Source: an uncultured Clostridia bacterium (GTDB taxonomy: Bacteria; Bacillota; Clostridia; TANB77; CAG-508). From it: 64,000 nucleotides of DNA. This document shows positions 1 to 10,126 of this stretch, piece by piece. The stretch covers positions 19,179 through 83,178 of the forward strand of contig CANQCG010000001.1 of the NCBI GenBank assembly GCA_947589645.1. The letters run 5' to 3'. The translations under genes were made by a program, and so were the position numbers. Every line of letters begins with the position of its first letter. The stretch's first letter is position 1. The notes under the pieces are model-generated. The model was not told the origin of the DNA. It ran no database searches and worked only from the letters and a program-made list of their open reading frames with translations.

Positions 1-455
1 TGTGTACTATAGAGATAATTTTTTAAATAATATAACTTTGAATTCTTCATATCAAATATAGCATATATTCCATTTTTATGATAATAATATAAATCCTCTC
101 TATCAAGTTCAGTAGTTTCTTTATCACTTTCTTCATAAAATCTCATCATAACATATTCATAAAATTTTTCCTTACTCCAAGAGTTAGTCCTTTCTAACAT
201 ATTTCTAATTTTATCTTTGTCTCCAAACATATTTAATTTATAAACTTTGTATATTGCAAAAGAATCTTCATCATATATTGTATAATAATCTATATTATAT
301 GCATGTAAATCTAATCCTAATTTTTGATAATCATTATCTGTTTTGAAAAACATTTTTAATATGAAAATATATATAATTAAAAAAGATATAACAATTATTG
401 ATATTATTAATCCAATAGTTTTTAGTTTTTCATTTCCCTTCAATGTAAACACCAT
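1..455 (-). CDS. hypothetical small membrane protein; its C-terminus is truncated by the window edge. N-terminus MVFTLKGNEKLKTIGLIISIIVISFLIIYIFIL...
   Basis: An uninterrupted minus-strand reading frame runs from ATG (453..455) to position 1. It is absent from the ORF track because it has no stop in the window. The N-terminus is a hydrophobic TM-like segment and the RBS is weak. Confidence 0.35.
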   Translation of the reverse strand, partial: MVFTLKGNEKLKTIGLIISIIVISFLIIYIFILKMFFKTDNDYQKLGLDLHAYNIDYYTIYDEDSFAIYKVYKLNMFGDKDKIRNMLERTNSWSKEKFYEYVMMRFYEESDKETTELDREDLYYYHKNGIYAIFDMKNSKLYYLKNYLYST

Positions 456-508
456 CCTATTTTTCAAATGTAATTGCAAAATAAACATAAATATATTTTA
501 ATTATATT

Positions 509-1762
509 TTATAAATCCAAACTTTTTTCATCTAAAAGGAAATTATATATTCCAATGGTGGTTATTCCATGATTGTCTCTTCTTGGCATAATATTTTCTT
601 TTACAACAATAATTTTTTTAAACGAATCATCAATATTTATAAGTGAATTTTTTTCTTGTTTTTCTTTTTCTTCACTATTCATATTAAATGCAGATTGAAT
701 ATAATATTTTTTACTTTCTTGTGTTGCAATAAAGTCAACTTCATAATCTTTTAATACAGTATTTCCATTAATATCTGTGTCAAAAACATGAACGATTCCC
801 ACATCTACATTATATCCTCGAATTTTAAGTTCATTATATATAATATTTTCCATTATATGATTTTCTTCAGTTTGTCTAAAATTTAGCCTTGCATTTCTTA
901 AGCCAATGTCTTCAAAATAAAATTTATAAGGAGAATTTATATATTTTTTTCCCTTTATATTATATCTTTTTGCTTTGTTTATTAAAAATGAATCTTCAAA
1001 ATAATCTATGTAATTTTTTATTGTTTTATCGCTAATAACTTTATTTTTTTCACTCTTATATGTTTTAGATAATTTTAATGGATTGGTAAATGAACCTATT
1101 GATGATGATAAAATATCCAAAAGTTCATCTAATTCCTCTTTATGTCTTACATTATGCCTTTCAATAATATCTGAGACATAAACTTTATCAAATAAAGATT
1201 GTAAATACGCTGATTTCTCTTGAGGAGTATTATATGATAGTACAAGAGGCATACCTCCATAAATAAAATATTCATCCCAAGCCTCTTCTTTTGTTCCTTC
1301 ATATACTGAGAAAAATTCTCTAAAACTTAATGGATAAACATGTATTTCATCTCCACGTCCCCTAAATTCTGTTATTACATCGGAAGATAGAAATTTTGAA
1401 TTACTACCCGTTACATAAATGTCTACATTATCAATATGCATTAAACTGTTTAAAACTTCTTCGAATCTTTCTAAATATTGAATTTCATCTAGCATAATAT
1501 AGTATAGATTGTCATCCACTATTTTTCCCTTTATAAAATCTAACATATTATATGGATTTCTTAGTTTTTCATTTGATAAATCGTCTAATGCTATAGAAAT
1601 AATGTGAGATTTTTCTATTCCATTTTCAATTAAATATTTTTTAAAAATATTAAACAATAGATACGACTTTCCTGACCTTCTAAGTCCAGTTATAACTTTA
1701 ACTAATCCATTGTTCTGCCTTGCTATTAGCTTATTTAAATAATCATTTCGTTTAATATCCAT
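509..1762 (-). CDS. AAA-family ATPase (AAA_14 N-terminal ATPase plus DUF4143-like C-terminal region)
   Basis: It has a Walker A-like motif GLRRSGKSYLL and a Walker B-like LDEIQY. The overall architecture is that of the COG1373 ATPases. The likely start is ATG 1762 (MDIKRN...), which sits 5 nt after a GAAGGGA RBS. The track start at 1780 is a TTG. Confidence 0.7.
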   Translation of the reverse strand: MDIKRNDYLNKLIARQNNGLVKVITGLRRSGKSYLLFNIFKKYLIENGIEKSHIISIALDDLSNEKLRNPYNMLDFIKGKIVDDNLYYIMLDEIQYLERFEEVLNSLMHIDNVDIYVTGSNSKFLSSDVITEFRGRGDEIHVYPLSFREFFSVYEGTKEEAWDEYFIYGGMPLVLSYNTPQEKSAYLQSLFDKVYVSDIIERHNVRHKEELDELLDILSSSIGSFTNPLKLSKTYKSEKNKVISDKTIKNYIDYFEDSFLINKAKRYNIKGKKYINSPYKFYFEDIGLRNARLNFRQTEENHIMENIIYNELKIRGYNVDVGIVHVFDTDINGNTVLKDYEVDFIATQESKKYYIQSAFNMNSEEKEKQEKNSLINIDDSFKKIIVVKENIMPRRDNHGITTIGIYNFLLDEKSLDL

Positions 1763-1814
1763 ATTATTCCCTTCTTTCAATTGAATTATATAAAATTGAT
1801 ATTATAAAGTCAAT

Positions 1815-1862
1815 ATTCTATTACGAATTTTTTTGGTTTTCCAAGTTTTTTCGTAATAGAAT
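1815..1862. promoter_or_regulatory. perfect 13-bp inverted repeat (ATTCTATTACGAA / TTCGTAATAGAAT) with a 22-nt spacer, in a divergent intergenic region
   Basis: Seen directly. The arms are 1815..1827 and 1850..1862, and the spacer contains an inner TTGGTTTTCCAA palindrome. It lies between the divergent AAA-ATPase and pcrA genes, so an operator is more likely than a terminator. Confidence 0.4.
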
Positions 1863-1889
1863 TTTTAAAAAGAAATATATTTTACTTAC

Positions 1890-1918
1890 TTGAAAAATGG
1901 AAAAAGATATAGTATAAT
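1890..1918 (+). promoter_or_regulatory. sigma-A-type promoter of pcrA (TTGAAA - 17 nt - TATAAT)
   Basis: The -35 is TTGAAA at 1890..1895 and the -10 is TATAAT at 1913..1918. It is ~30 nt upstream of the GGAG RBS of pcrA. Confidence 0.45.
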
Positions 1919-1950
1919 GCAAACACATATTTGAAAAAAAGGAGTAACAA

Positions 1951-4302
1951 ATGGAAGAAAAACTAAAAGAACTAAATGATAAACAATATGAAGCAGTAGT
2001 AAACACAGAAGGCCCATGCTTAGTAATAGCAGGTGCAGGAAGTGGAAAAACAAAAGTATTAACATATAAAATGGCATATCTTGTAGGCGAAAAAAAGGTA
2101 TTACCATGGAATATATTAGCAATTACATTTACAAATAAAGCAGCAAATGAAATGAGGGAAAGAGCAGAAGCCCTAGTAGGAGACGTAGTAAAAGATATCT
2201 GGATGGGAACATTCCACTCAATATGTGTAAGAATATTAAGAAAATTTATTAATAGATTAGGATATGATTCATCTTTTATTATATTTGATACGTCAGACCA
2301 AAAAACACTAGTAAAACAATGCATGAAGGAATTACAAATAGATGATAAAACATTTAGTGATAGAGCAGTTCTATCAGAAATAAGTAATGCAAAAAACGAA
2401 ATGCTAGGGCCAGAACAATATAGCATAAGAGTAGGCAATGATTTTAGAAAAGGCAAAATAGCAAAAGTTTATGAACTATATCAAAACAGATTAAAAGATA
2501 ATAATGCTATAGATTTTGATGACATAATAAATTTTACAGTTAAGATTTTAATGGACAATCCAGATGTCTTAGAATATTATGCAAATAAATTTAAATATAT
2601 TTTAGTAGACGAATATCAAGATACAAATAAAGCACAATTTAATTTAATAACGTTATTTGCATCAGTTCATGGAAATGTTACGGCAGTAGGAGATAATGAC
2701 CAAGGAATATATAGCTTTAGAGGAGCAGATATATCTAACATATTAAATTTCGAAAAAGATTTTCCAGGTACTAAAATAATAAAACTAGAACAAAATTATA
2801 GATGCACAGGCAATATCTTAAAAATAGCAAATGAAATAATAAAAAACAATGAAGTTAAATATGAGAAAAAGCTATGGACAAAAAACGAAGAGGGAAACTT
2901 GCCAAAAGTATATTCAGCAGATAATGAATATGATGAAGGCGCATATATAGCAGAGCAAATAGAACACCTAAAAAGGCAAGAATACTATAAATATTCAGAT
3001 TTTGCTGTATTATATAGAATGAATACACAATCAAGAGCAATAGAAGATATTTTTAGAAGAGAAAATATACCTTACAAAATAGTAGGTGGATTAAAATTCT
3101 ATGAAAGAAAAGAAATAAAAGACATAATTGCTTATTTAAGATTAATACAAAACCCAGCAGATAATTTAAGCTTAAATAGAATAATAAATGAGCCTAAAAG
3201 AGGAATTGGTAAGACAAGCTTAGATAATATTGAAGAAGTAGCAATACAAAATAATACATCAATGTATGAAATAATTAAAAATGCAGATCAATATGGTTTA
3301 AATAGAGTATACTTAAATTCTAGAGAATTTGTAGATACAATAGAAAGTCTAATATCTAAAAAAGATAGTTTGAAAGTTTCAGACTTAATTAAGCGAACAT
3401 TAAGCAAAACCGGCTATACAAAAGCTTTAGAACAAGAAAACACCGTAGAAGCAGAAAACAGAATAGCAAACTTAGAAGAATTTTTAACAGTAGCAATGGA
3501 ATTCGAGGAGGAATCAGCAGACAATAGTTTAAGCGAATTTTTGGAAGGAATAACATTATCTAGCGATATTGATAACACTGATGAAGAAGAAGTTTCCGTA
3601 ACTCTTATGACGCTACATAGTGCCAAAGGTCTAGAATTTCCAGTAGTTTTTTTAGTAGGAATGGAAGAAGGCATATTTCCTGGTTATCAGTCAATGCAAG
3701 AGCCAAAAGAATTAGAAGAAGAAAGAAGGCTATGTTATGTTGGAGTAACAAGAGCAAAAGAATATCTATATTTAACATGTGCAAAACAGAGAACTGTTTT
3801 TGGCTCAACTAGCTGTAATTTAACTTCTAGATTTTTAAATGAAATTCCAGCAGAGTTATTAGATGGAGCGGAAGAAGCACTTGGTGGTAAAAGCAAAATT
3901 CATATATTTGATAAAGAAGAGTATGTGGACTCTAAATATGCTTGGACTTATGGACGCCGTAGAGAAAATAATGAAGTTAAAACATATAGCATGCCTGATT
4001 TTGAAACAGTCGGAGTTGCAGCAAAGTCAAATACAAATTTAAGCTCAGAAAATAAAAACGAAACAGGTTTTGTATTTAAAAAGACGGCAGAAAGCTTTTT
4101 AAAATCACTAAATAAAGTAGAAAATAAAAATGTTGATTTTTCAGCATATAAAGAAGGCACGCGAGTATTCCATAAAAAATTCGGAGAAGGTACAATTAAT
4201 TATGTAGAAGCTGAAGGGGATGACTTAAAAGTAGATATAAACTTCGAAAAATTTGGACATAAACGTTTAATGGCTAAATTTGCAGGCTTAGAGATAATTT
4301 AA
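1951..4302 (+). CDS. pcrA: ATP-dependent DNA helicase PcrA (UvrD/Rep family)
   Basis: The protein is 783 aa with a GAGSGKT Walker A and the helicase motifs (TFTNKAANEMRER, VDEYQDTN, LEQNYRC). There is a C-terminal Tudor-like tail. An AAGGAG RBS precedes the start. Confidence 0.9.
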   Translation: MEEKLKELNDKQYEAVVNTEGPCLVIAGAGSGKTKVLTYKMAYLVGEKKVLPWNILAITFTNKAANEMRERAEALVGDVVKDIWMGTFHSICVRILRKFINRLGYDSSFIIFDTSDQKTLVKQCMKELQIDDKTFSDRAVLSEISNAKNEMLGPEQYSIRVGNDFRKGKIAKVYELYQNRLKDNNAIDFDDIINFTVKILMDNPDVLEYYANKFKYILVDEYQDTNKAQFNLITLFASVHGNVTAVGDNDQGIYSFRGADISNILNFEKDFPGTKIIKLEQNYRCTGNILKIANEIIKNNEVKYEKKLWTKNEEGNLPKVYSADNEYDEGAYIAEQIEHLKRQEYYKYSDFAVLYRMNTQSRAIEDIFRRENIPYKIVGGLKFYERKEIKDIIAYLRLIQNPADNLSLNRIINEPKRGIGKTSLDNIEEVAIQNNTSMYEIIKNADQYGLNRVYLNSREFVDTIESLISKKDSLKVSDLIKRTLSKTGYTKALEQENTVEAENRIANLEEFLTVAMEFEEESADNSLSEFLEGITLSSDIDNTDEEEVSVTLMTLHSAKGLEFPVVFLVGMEEGIFPGYQSMQEPKELEEERRLCYVGVTRAKEYLYLTCAKQRTVFGSTSCNLTSRFLNEIPAELLDGAEEALGGKSKIHIFDKEEYVDSKYAWTYGRRRENNEVKTYSMPDFETVGVAAKSNTNLSSENKNETGFVFKKTAESFLKSLNKVENKNVDFSAYKEGTRVFHKKFGEGTINYVEAEGDDLKVDINFEKFGHKRLMAKFAGLEII

Positions 4303-4544
4303 GCCTGCAATTCATTTTTTACTGTTTCGATTTCAGTAACTGTAGCTTTAGCTGCAGGTTTATAATAACCTTTGTTTTCAGCTACTTTATAAAGCTCATA
4401 TTGAAAACATTCATCACTATTTCTAATTTGCTGAAAAGTTTGCCTAAGTTGAGCATTAGAAGCTTCAGCAATAGCTTTTTGATAAGCTGATAAATCTGCT
4501 TTTACATTTTCTAATATGTCATTAACCATAGTTTTTTCGTTCAT
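4299..4544 (-). CDS. small spore-coat-F (Coat_F) domain protein, C-terminal-half type
   Basis: The 81-aa product has the QYELYKVAENKGYYKPA motif typical of Coat-F family proteins. An AGGAGG RBS precedes the start. Confidence 0.45.
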   Translation of the reverse strand: MNEKTMVNDILENVKADLSAYQKAIAEASNAQLRQTFQQIRNSDECFQYELYKVAENKGYYKPAAKATVTEIETVKNELQA

Positions 4545-4588
4545 TTTAACCTCCTAATTTAAAAATAATTTGCTAGAAATTATAAATT

Positions 4589-4777
4589 TTAAGAATTTAA
4601 GAAGCTCATCAATTTCTGCTTAGTATTTAACGCATCTTGAGCTGATTTTGTAAACATTTGCTTAATTTGAGGATCAACTGCTTGAGAAGCATAAGTATTT
4701 AATTTTTGATATACAGTTTCATGAGCACCAATTAAATGTCTTAAATTTTGTAATTCTGATTGATTTAAATCTGCCAT
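4589..4777 (-). CDS. small spore-coat-F (Coat_F) domain protein, N-terminal-half type
   Basis: The start is MADLNQSELQNLRHLIGAHETVYQKLNTYASQAVDPQIKQMF, with GGA 7 nt upstream of the ATG. The track ORF begins further upstream at an unlikely start. Confidence 0.45.
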   Translation of the reverse strand: MADLNQSELQNLRHLIGAHETVYQKLNTYASQAVDPQIKQMFTKSAQDALNTKQKLMSFLNS

Positions 4778-4989
4778 AAAAATCCATCCTTTCCAAACAT
4801 AACTTATATATGTAGTATTAATAAAAACTATAAATTTATACAAATAATTTTCAAAAATAAAAAAGCTAGTATAAAAGAGATAAAAGGAAAATAATAAAGG
4901 AAAAATATGAAAAACGATAGTTAATTATAATTGCAAAATAAAAAATATTTAATATAAAATAAAGACAATTATTATATGGAGGAAAAGTA

Positions 4990-5973
4990 ATGATAAAAAA
5001 TATCATGATGCTACTTCGAACATCTACTAGATTAATACTTTTAGTGATTATTGCTTTATTTATAAATATATGTGTAGTAGTAGCATTTTACAAACCAATA
5101 TATGAAGTAACAGTCGATGGAGAAATTATAGGATATAGTGAAGATAAAAGCGTTTTGCAAGCAAGAATTAATAATTATATGGAAGGTACAAATGAAGGAA
5201 ATGAAAATGTAGCTTTCAACCAAATAGACAAAATGCCTGAATATAAATTATGTTTATTAAAAAGAGATATAACTACAAATGATGATGAAATCTTTGCTAA
5301 GATAACAAATGATGGAGTAACATATTATAAATATTATTCTATATTAGATGATAAACAAGAAAAATTATATGTTGCAGATTTTACAAGTGCAGAATCAGTT
5401 GTTGAAGAATTAAAATCAAAAAATAGTAACAACATTAATGATATATCAATTGTAGAAGTATATGGAACAGAACAAAAAGAACTTACTTCAACAGATGAAG
5501 CAGTTACAAAATTGTATGAAGCAAAACCAGTAACAGTTGCAAAAGTACAGAAAACAAGTGTATCAAGCAAAATGTCATTTCAAAATTTACCAATTTCAAT
5601 ATCATTTATTAGACCAATTTCTGGAACTATAACTTCAAGATTTGCTTCAATAAGTAGTGTAAGAGTAGGAGCACATACAGGTCTAGATATTGCTACAAGA
5701 GCTGGAACGCCAATAGCTGCTGCTGCAAGCGGAGTTATTACATATGCAGGCAACCAAGGATCTTTAGGAAACTTAATTAAAATATCTCATGGAAACGGAA
5801 TAGAAACATATTATGGACACTGTAGTGTATTATATGGAAAAGTTGGACAACAAGTAAATCAAGGAGATATAATAGCAGCAGTTGGCTCAACAGGAAACTC
5901 AACAGGACCACATTTACATTTAGAAGTAAGAGTTAATGGGGTAGCGTATAATCCTCAAAACTATGTATATTAA
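4990..5973 (+). CDS. M23 (LytM) family metallopeptidase with an N-terminal TM anchor
   Basis: The C-terminal LytM domain has GAHTGLDIA...GSLGNLIKISHGNGIETYYGHC...STGPHLHLEVRVNG (the HxxxD and HxH zinc motifs). The N-terminus is hydrophobic. Confidence 0.8.
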   Translation: MIKNIMMLLRTSTRLILLVIIALFINICVVVAFYKPIYEVTVDGEIIGYSEDKSVLQARINNYMEGTNEGNENVAFNQIDKMPEYKLCLLKRDITTNDDEIFAKITNDGVTYYKYYSILDDKQEKLYVADFTSAESVVEELKSKNSNNINDISIVEVYGTEQKELTSTDEAVTKLYEAKPVTVAKVQKTSVSSKMSFQNLPISISFIRPISGTITSRFASISSVRVGAHTGLDIATRAGTPIAAAASGVITYAGNQGSLGNLIKISHGNGIETYYGHCSVLYGKVGQQVNQGDIIAAVGSTGNSTGPHLHLEVRVNGVAYNPQNYVY

Positions 5974-6017
5974 AATAATACCTGTGTTAATTACCATCAT
6001 AAGTTATTACGCGGGAC

Positions 6018-6054
6018 AAAAAAGCATACTGAAGTTAAATTTCAGTATGCTTTT
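6018..6054. terminator. bidirectional rho-independent terminator hairpin (AAAAAGCATACTGAA ... TTCAGTATGCTTTT)
   Basis: A perfect 14-15 bp stem with A/T runs on both sides lies between the convergent M23 peptidase and mecA-like genes. Confidence 0.6.
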
Positions 6055-6083
6055 ATACTATTATTGCATTTTAATATAAAATA

Positions 6084-6719
6084 TCATTTAACAAAAATAT
6101 TTATAGTATTAGGTATGGCATTCTTTTTAAAAATAGCTTTTCCGTGTTCAATAAGTTTTGCATCTAAATTCTTAAAATTATCAATTCTATCAGTAAATTC
6201 AGAAAGTATTGAAAAGAAAACTTTTAAATTTTTATAATCTACATTTATTCCAGAAAAGATTAAATAATATTTATTTTTGTAAAAATATAAAGAGGTATTT
6301 TTACAAATTGATTTTATGTTTTTATGTTGTAAAAACTCTATATGTAAAGCTTTGCAAAATTCACAAAATTCATCAAAGTTTTCAAATGAATATATGATGT
6401 TATCATCAATTTTAAAAGTTTTTTGCCTATTCTGGACCTTTTTTCTTGAAAAATTATTACATTTTGATGTTTTAGAAGGGGTTTTAGTAATTGTAAAAAC
6501 AAAAATTCCATCCATAGAAGCAAAAGCTTCGATTAAAATTTTGCAATCTTGAGTATAAAAACCAAGATCTTTTTCAGCCTGGTTAAGTATTGATAATATT
6601 AAGCTCTGAGTTTCTGGGGTATTATTTAGTACAGATTCAAAATCAATATTATTTGTTTCTAAATCTTCTGAATTTAAAACAATTCGTATTTTGTTTTCGG
6701 TTAATTTTTCAATTTTCAT
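6084..6719 (-). CDS. mecA: MecA-like adaptor protein (ClpC adaptor family)
   Basis: MKIEKLTENKIRIVLNSEDLE at the N-terminus aligns with MecA MEIERINEHTVKFYMSYGDIE. SLYFYKNKYYLIF and SILSEFTDRIDNF...LIEHGKAI further in resemble the corresponding MecA blocks. Confidence 0.6.
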   Translation of the reverse strand: MKIEKLTENKIRIVLNSEDLETNNIDFESVLNNTPETQSLILSILNQAEKDLGFYTQDCKILIEAFASMDGIFVFTITKTPSKTSKCNNFSRKKVQNRQKTFKIDDNIIYSFENFDEFCEFCKALHIEFLQHKNIKSICKNTSLYFYKNKYYLIFSGINVDYKNLKVFFSILSEFTDRIDNFKNLDAKLIEHGKAIFKKNAIPNTINIFVK

Positions 6720-6849
6720 ATGTAAAAAACCTCCTAAGACTGTAATTATATTATACTACTTATATCATTATATTTAAAGACACAAAATATGGTAATAAAA
6801 AAGACAAGTAAACTTTTAAATATTAACTACAAATAAATGTATAATATAC

Positions 6850-6878
6850 TTGAAAAAAACAATAAATCACGATATAAT
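6850..6878 (+). promoter_or_regulatory. sigma-A-type promoter for the radC-mreBCD-pbp-minC operon (TTGAAA - 17 nt - TATAAT)
   Basis: The -35 is at 6850..6855 and the -10 at 6873..6878, about 75 nt upstream of radC. Confidence 0.5.
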
Positions 6879-6954
6879 ACTAATGCGAAAATTTAATTTT
6901 CCGTAAAGGGTTTGAGGGCAAAATATTTTTTATATTTTAAAGGAGGAAAATATT

Positions 6955-7662
6955 TTGTCAATTAAAATGAAAGAATTACCCATTTCAGAAAGACCTTATG
7001 AAAAGCTGGAACTTTATGGAGCCAAAGCGTTATCAGAGGCAGAACTATTAGCAATAATAATAAAAACAGGAACCAAAGAGGAAACATCGGTAGAACTAGC
7101 CAAAAGAATTTTAAGTTTAAATGATAATATAGATGCAAACAACTTAAATTTCTTAAGGGATAAAAGCTTAGAAGAATTTATGAAAATAAAAGGCATAGGG
7201 AAAGTAAAAGCAATACAACTAAAAGCTCTATGCGAATTTGCAACAAGAATGAATAAGCCACTAGACTATAGAAAAATAAAGATAAGAACGCCAGGAGATA
7301 TTGCTAGAATCTTAACAGAAGAAATGAAGCACTTAAAACTAGAGGTACTAAAAGCAGTTATTTTAAATAATTCAAATGAAATATTAAAAATACAAGATGT
7401 AGCAGAAGGAAACTCTAACATAATGGTTGCAGATTCAAAAAACATTTTATCAGAGGTTATAAAAATGCAAGCACCAAAGATAATATTAATACATAATCAT
7501 CCAAGTGGAAACTTAGTACCAAGCCAAAACGACATAAACTTTACCAAAAGAATACAGAGTGCATGCGAAATTTTAGGGGTACAACTATTAGATCACATTA
7601 TAATAGCAGGGAATAATTATTTAAGTATATTACATGAGATGAATAAAAACATAAAAGATTAG
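6955..7662 (+). CDS. radC: RadC-like JAB-domain protein (UPF0758)
   Basis: It carries the HNHPSG JAMM motif and the helix-hairpin-helix ELLAIIIKTG. The TTG start at 6955 lies 9 nt after GGAGGA. Confidence 0.85.
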   Translation: MSIKMKELPISERPYEKLELYGAKALSEAELLAIIIKTGTKEETSVELAKRILSLNDNIDANNLNFLRDKSLEEFMKIKGIGKVKAIQLKALCEFATRMNKPLDYRKIKIRTPGDIARILTEEMKHLKLEVLKAVILNNSNEILKIQDVAEGNSNIMVADSKNILSEVIKMQAPKIILIHNHPSGNLVPSQNDINFTKRIQSACEILGVQLLDHIIIAGNNYLSILHEMNKNIKD

Positions 7663-7682
7663 TTAAGATAGGAGAAAACAAA

Positions 7683-8702
7683 ATGGCTTTTTTTAGTGGA
7701 AAAGATATAGGAATAGATTTAGGAACATCAAATATATTAGTAGCTATAAAAGGAAATGGAATTGTTTTAAATGAACCATCAGCAATAGCAATAGATAAAG
7801 AAACAGCAGAAACTTTAGCCGTTGGACATGAGGCAAAAGACATGTTAGGAAAAACTCCAACCAATATTACTGCAATAAGACCTTTAAAAGATGGAGTAAT
7901 TGCGGAGCTAACTGCTACTGGACTAATGTTGAAAGCTGTGTTAAAAAAAGTATGTAGAAAATATGGAATAGCTAGACCTAGAGTGGTAGTTGGAGTTCCA
8001 TCAGGAATAACTGAAGTAGAAGAGAGAGCTGTTGAAGAATCAGTGATGCAAGCAGGTGCGAAAGAGGTATATTTAATAGAAGAACCAATGGCAGCTGCAA
8101 TAGGTGCAAATATTGATATTGCAGAGCCAAGTGGAAATATAGTAGTAGACATAGGCGCAGGTACAACAGAAGTGGCTGTAATATCTTTAGGAGGAATAGT
8201 AATAAGTAATTCTTTAAGAATTGCAGGAGACGAATTAGACCAAGATATTATAAGTTTTGTAAAAAGAGAACTAGATTTAGTAATTGGAGAAAACACTGCA
8301 GAACAGATAAAAAAACAGGTTGGATGTGCTCTACCTTTAATGACAGAGCTAGAGATGAAAATAAAAGGAAGAGATGTAACAACTGGCTTACCTCGTGTAG
8401 ATAAATTTACTTCTACACAAGCAGAACTTGCAATGAGAGAATCAATTTGGAAAATAGTAGATTTGTTAAAAGTAACATTAGAAAAAACACCCCCTGAATT
8501 ATCATCTGACATAATGGAAAAGGGAATTGTTTTAACAGGTGGAGGAGCATTAATAAAAAATTTAGATAAATTATTAAGCATGGAAACTGGCATGCCAGTA
8601 TATTCTGCTGATGCACCTCTTGAATGTGTTGTAAAAGGAACAGAAAAGACATTAGAAAATATTGAGAAGTTAAGAAGTGTTTTATTAAATAAAAAAAAGT
8701 AA
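7683..8702 (+). CDS. mreB: rod-shape-determining actin homologue MreB
   Basis: The 339-aa product has the actin-fold motifs (IGIDLGTSN, VVGVPSG, DIGAGTTEVAV) and a TAGGAG RBS. Confidence 0.95.
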   Translation: MAFFSGKDIGIDLGTSNILVAIKGNGIVLNEPSAIAIDKETAETLAVGHEAKDMLGKTPTNITAIRPLKDGVIAELTATGLMLKAVLKKVCRKYGIARPRVVVGVPSGITEVEERAVEESVMQAGAKEVYLIEEPMAAAIGANIDIAEPSGNIVVDIGAGTTEVAVISLGGIVISNSLRIAGDELDQDIISFVKRELDLVIGENTAEQIKKQVGCALPLMTELEMKIKGRDVTTGLPRVDKFTSTQAELAMRESIWKIVDLLKVTLEKTPPELSSDIMEKGIVLTGGGALIKNLDKLLSMETGMPVYSADAPLECVVKGTEKTLENIEKLRSVLLNKKK

Positions 8703-8737
8703 TTTATAAAAACATTAAGATAGGAGATTAATGTTAA

Positions 8738-9553
8738 ATGTATAATCGCAAAGGTAATGGAATTTTAGGTATTATTATAACAATTATTATTTTAATAGTT
8801 TTAGTTATAGTAACCAATATGGAAACTAGTAAATTGTATAATGCCCAAAATATTATAAGCAAAGTAGTTTTACCAGTACAAAATGGTATAACATATCTAA
8901 AAAATAAAATTAGTAAAAACAATGCTTTTTTTGCCGATTTAGATAGCCTAAGACAAGAAAATCAAACTTTAAAAGACGAGAATAGTAAATTAGAGCAACA
9001 ATTAAGAGAGCTAGAAGTTATAAAAGCGGAAAATGAAACACTAAAACAATATCAGGCCTTAGCAGAAAAATATCAGAACTATAAAACAATGCCAGCCTAT
9101 GTAATAAATAGAGATATAAGTAACTATTCAAAAACAATAGTTATAAATGTAGGTAAAGATGATGGTATAAAAGAAAATATGACAGTAATAGCAGATGAAG
9201 GTTTAGTAGGTTATATTTTATCAGTCACAAGCAATACAGCCAAAGTGCAAACAATAATTGATAGTGCCAGTGCTACAAGTTGTATAACTAGTTCAACTAG
9301 AGATCTTATGGTATGCAAGGGAACAATAGATGGGACAAGCACATTAAAAGCATCATATATATCTATAGATTCAAACATAATAGAAGGAGATAGTGTAGAA
9401 ACTTCAGGAATGGGGGGCTTATATCCTAAAGGAATGCATATAGGAAGAGTAACAAAAGTTACTGAAGGTAAAAACAAAATAGACACAACTCTTGAAATAC
9501 AATCAGCCGTAAATTTTGACAAATTAGAAACTGTACTTATAATTACAAATTAA
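8738..9553 (+). CDS. mreC: rod-shape-determining protein MreC
   Basis: It has an N-terminal TM segment, a coiled coil (LKDENSKLEQQLRELE) and a C-terminal beta domain. It sits immediately after mreB. Confidence 0.85.
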   Translation: MYNRKGNGILGIIITIIILIVLVIVTNMETSKLYNAQNIISKVVLPVQNGITYLKNKISKNNAFFADLDSLRQENQTLKDENSKLEQQLRELEVIKAENETLKQYQALAEKYQNYKTMPAYVINRDISNYSKTIVINVGKDDGIKENMTVIADEGLVGYILSVTSNTAKVQTIIDSASATSCITSSTRDLMVCKGTIDGTSTLKASYISIDSNIIEGDSVETSGMGGLYPKGMHIGRVTKVTEGKNKIDTTLEIQSAVNFDKLETVLIITN

Positions 9554-9578
9554 AAGTAAAATAAGCGAAAGGAAAAAT

Positions 9579-10112
9579 ATGAAAAAGATTTTCATAAATA
9601 TAATCATAGTAATATCCTTTATATTTATATATTTACTGCAAGCCAATTTTTTCACTTGGTTTAAAATAGCAGGAGTAATGCCAAATTTATTCATAATATT
9701 AATGCTATATATAGGGCTATTTATGGGAAGAACTTCAGCCATAACCTATGGAATAATATTAGGTATGTTAGTAGATATATTTATAGGCAGAAGATTAGGA
9801 ATAAGTTCAATAATGTTAGCAGTTATAGGACTAATTGCCAACCTTTTTGACAAAAACTTTTCTAAAGACAATAGAATAACTGTTATGGCAATGGTAGGAA
9901 TATGTACTATTATATATGAGGCAGGAGCATACTTATTAAGTTCTTTAATTTTAGACATTAATTTAGAGATATTTGCATTTATAAAAATCTTAACAGTTGA
10001 AGCATTATATAATGTGATACTAACAATTATAATTTATCCAATAATGCAATTAACAGGTTATGATGTTGAAGAGGAGTATAAAGGAAGCAAAATATTAACA
10101 AAGTATTTTTAA
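9579..10112 (+). CDS. mreD: rod-shape-determining protein MreD
   Basis: A polytopic membrane protein of 177 aa in the canonical position after mreC. Confidence 0.7.
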   Translation: MKKIFINIIIVISFIFIYLLQANFFTWFKIAGVMPNLFIILMLYIGLFMGRTSAITYGIILGMLVDIFIGRRLGISSIMLAVIGLIANLFDKNFSKDNRITVMAMVGICTIIYEAGAYLLSSLILDINLEIFAFIKILTVEALYNVILTIIIYPIMQLTGYDVEEEYKGSKILTKYF

Positions 10113-10126
10113 AAGAAGGTGAAAAA

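Noticed and set aside
1821-2456. A 211-aa minus-strand ORF overlapping the pcrA 5' end
   Set aside because: It is antisense to the strongly conserved PcrA N-terminus (Walker A region). It has no RBS and a low-complexity product.
7598-8593. A 331-aa minus-strand ORF covering most of mreB
   Set aside because: MreB on the plus strand is unambiguous. The antisense frame is open by chance and is Ser/Thr/Ile-rich with no family resemblance.
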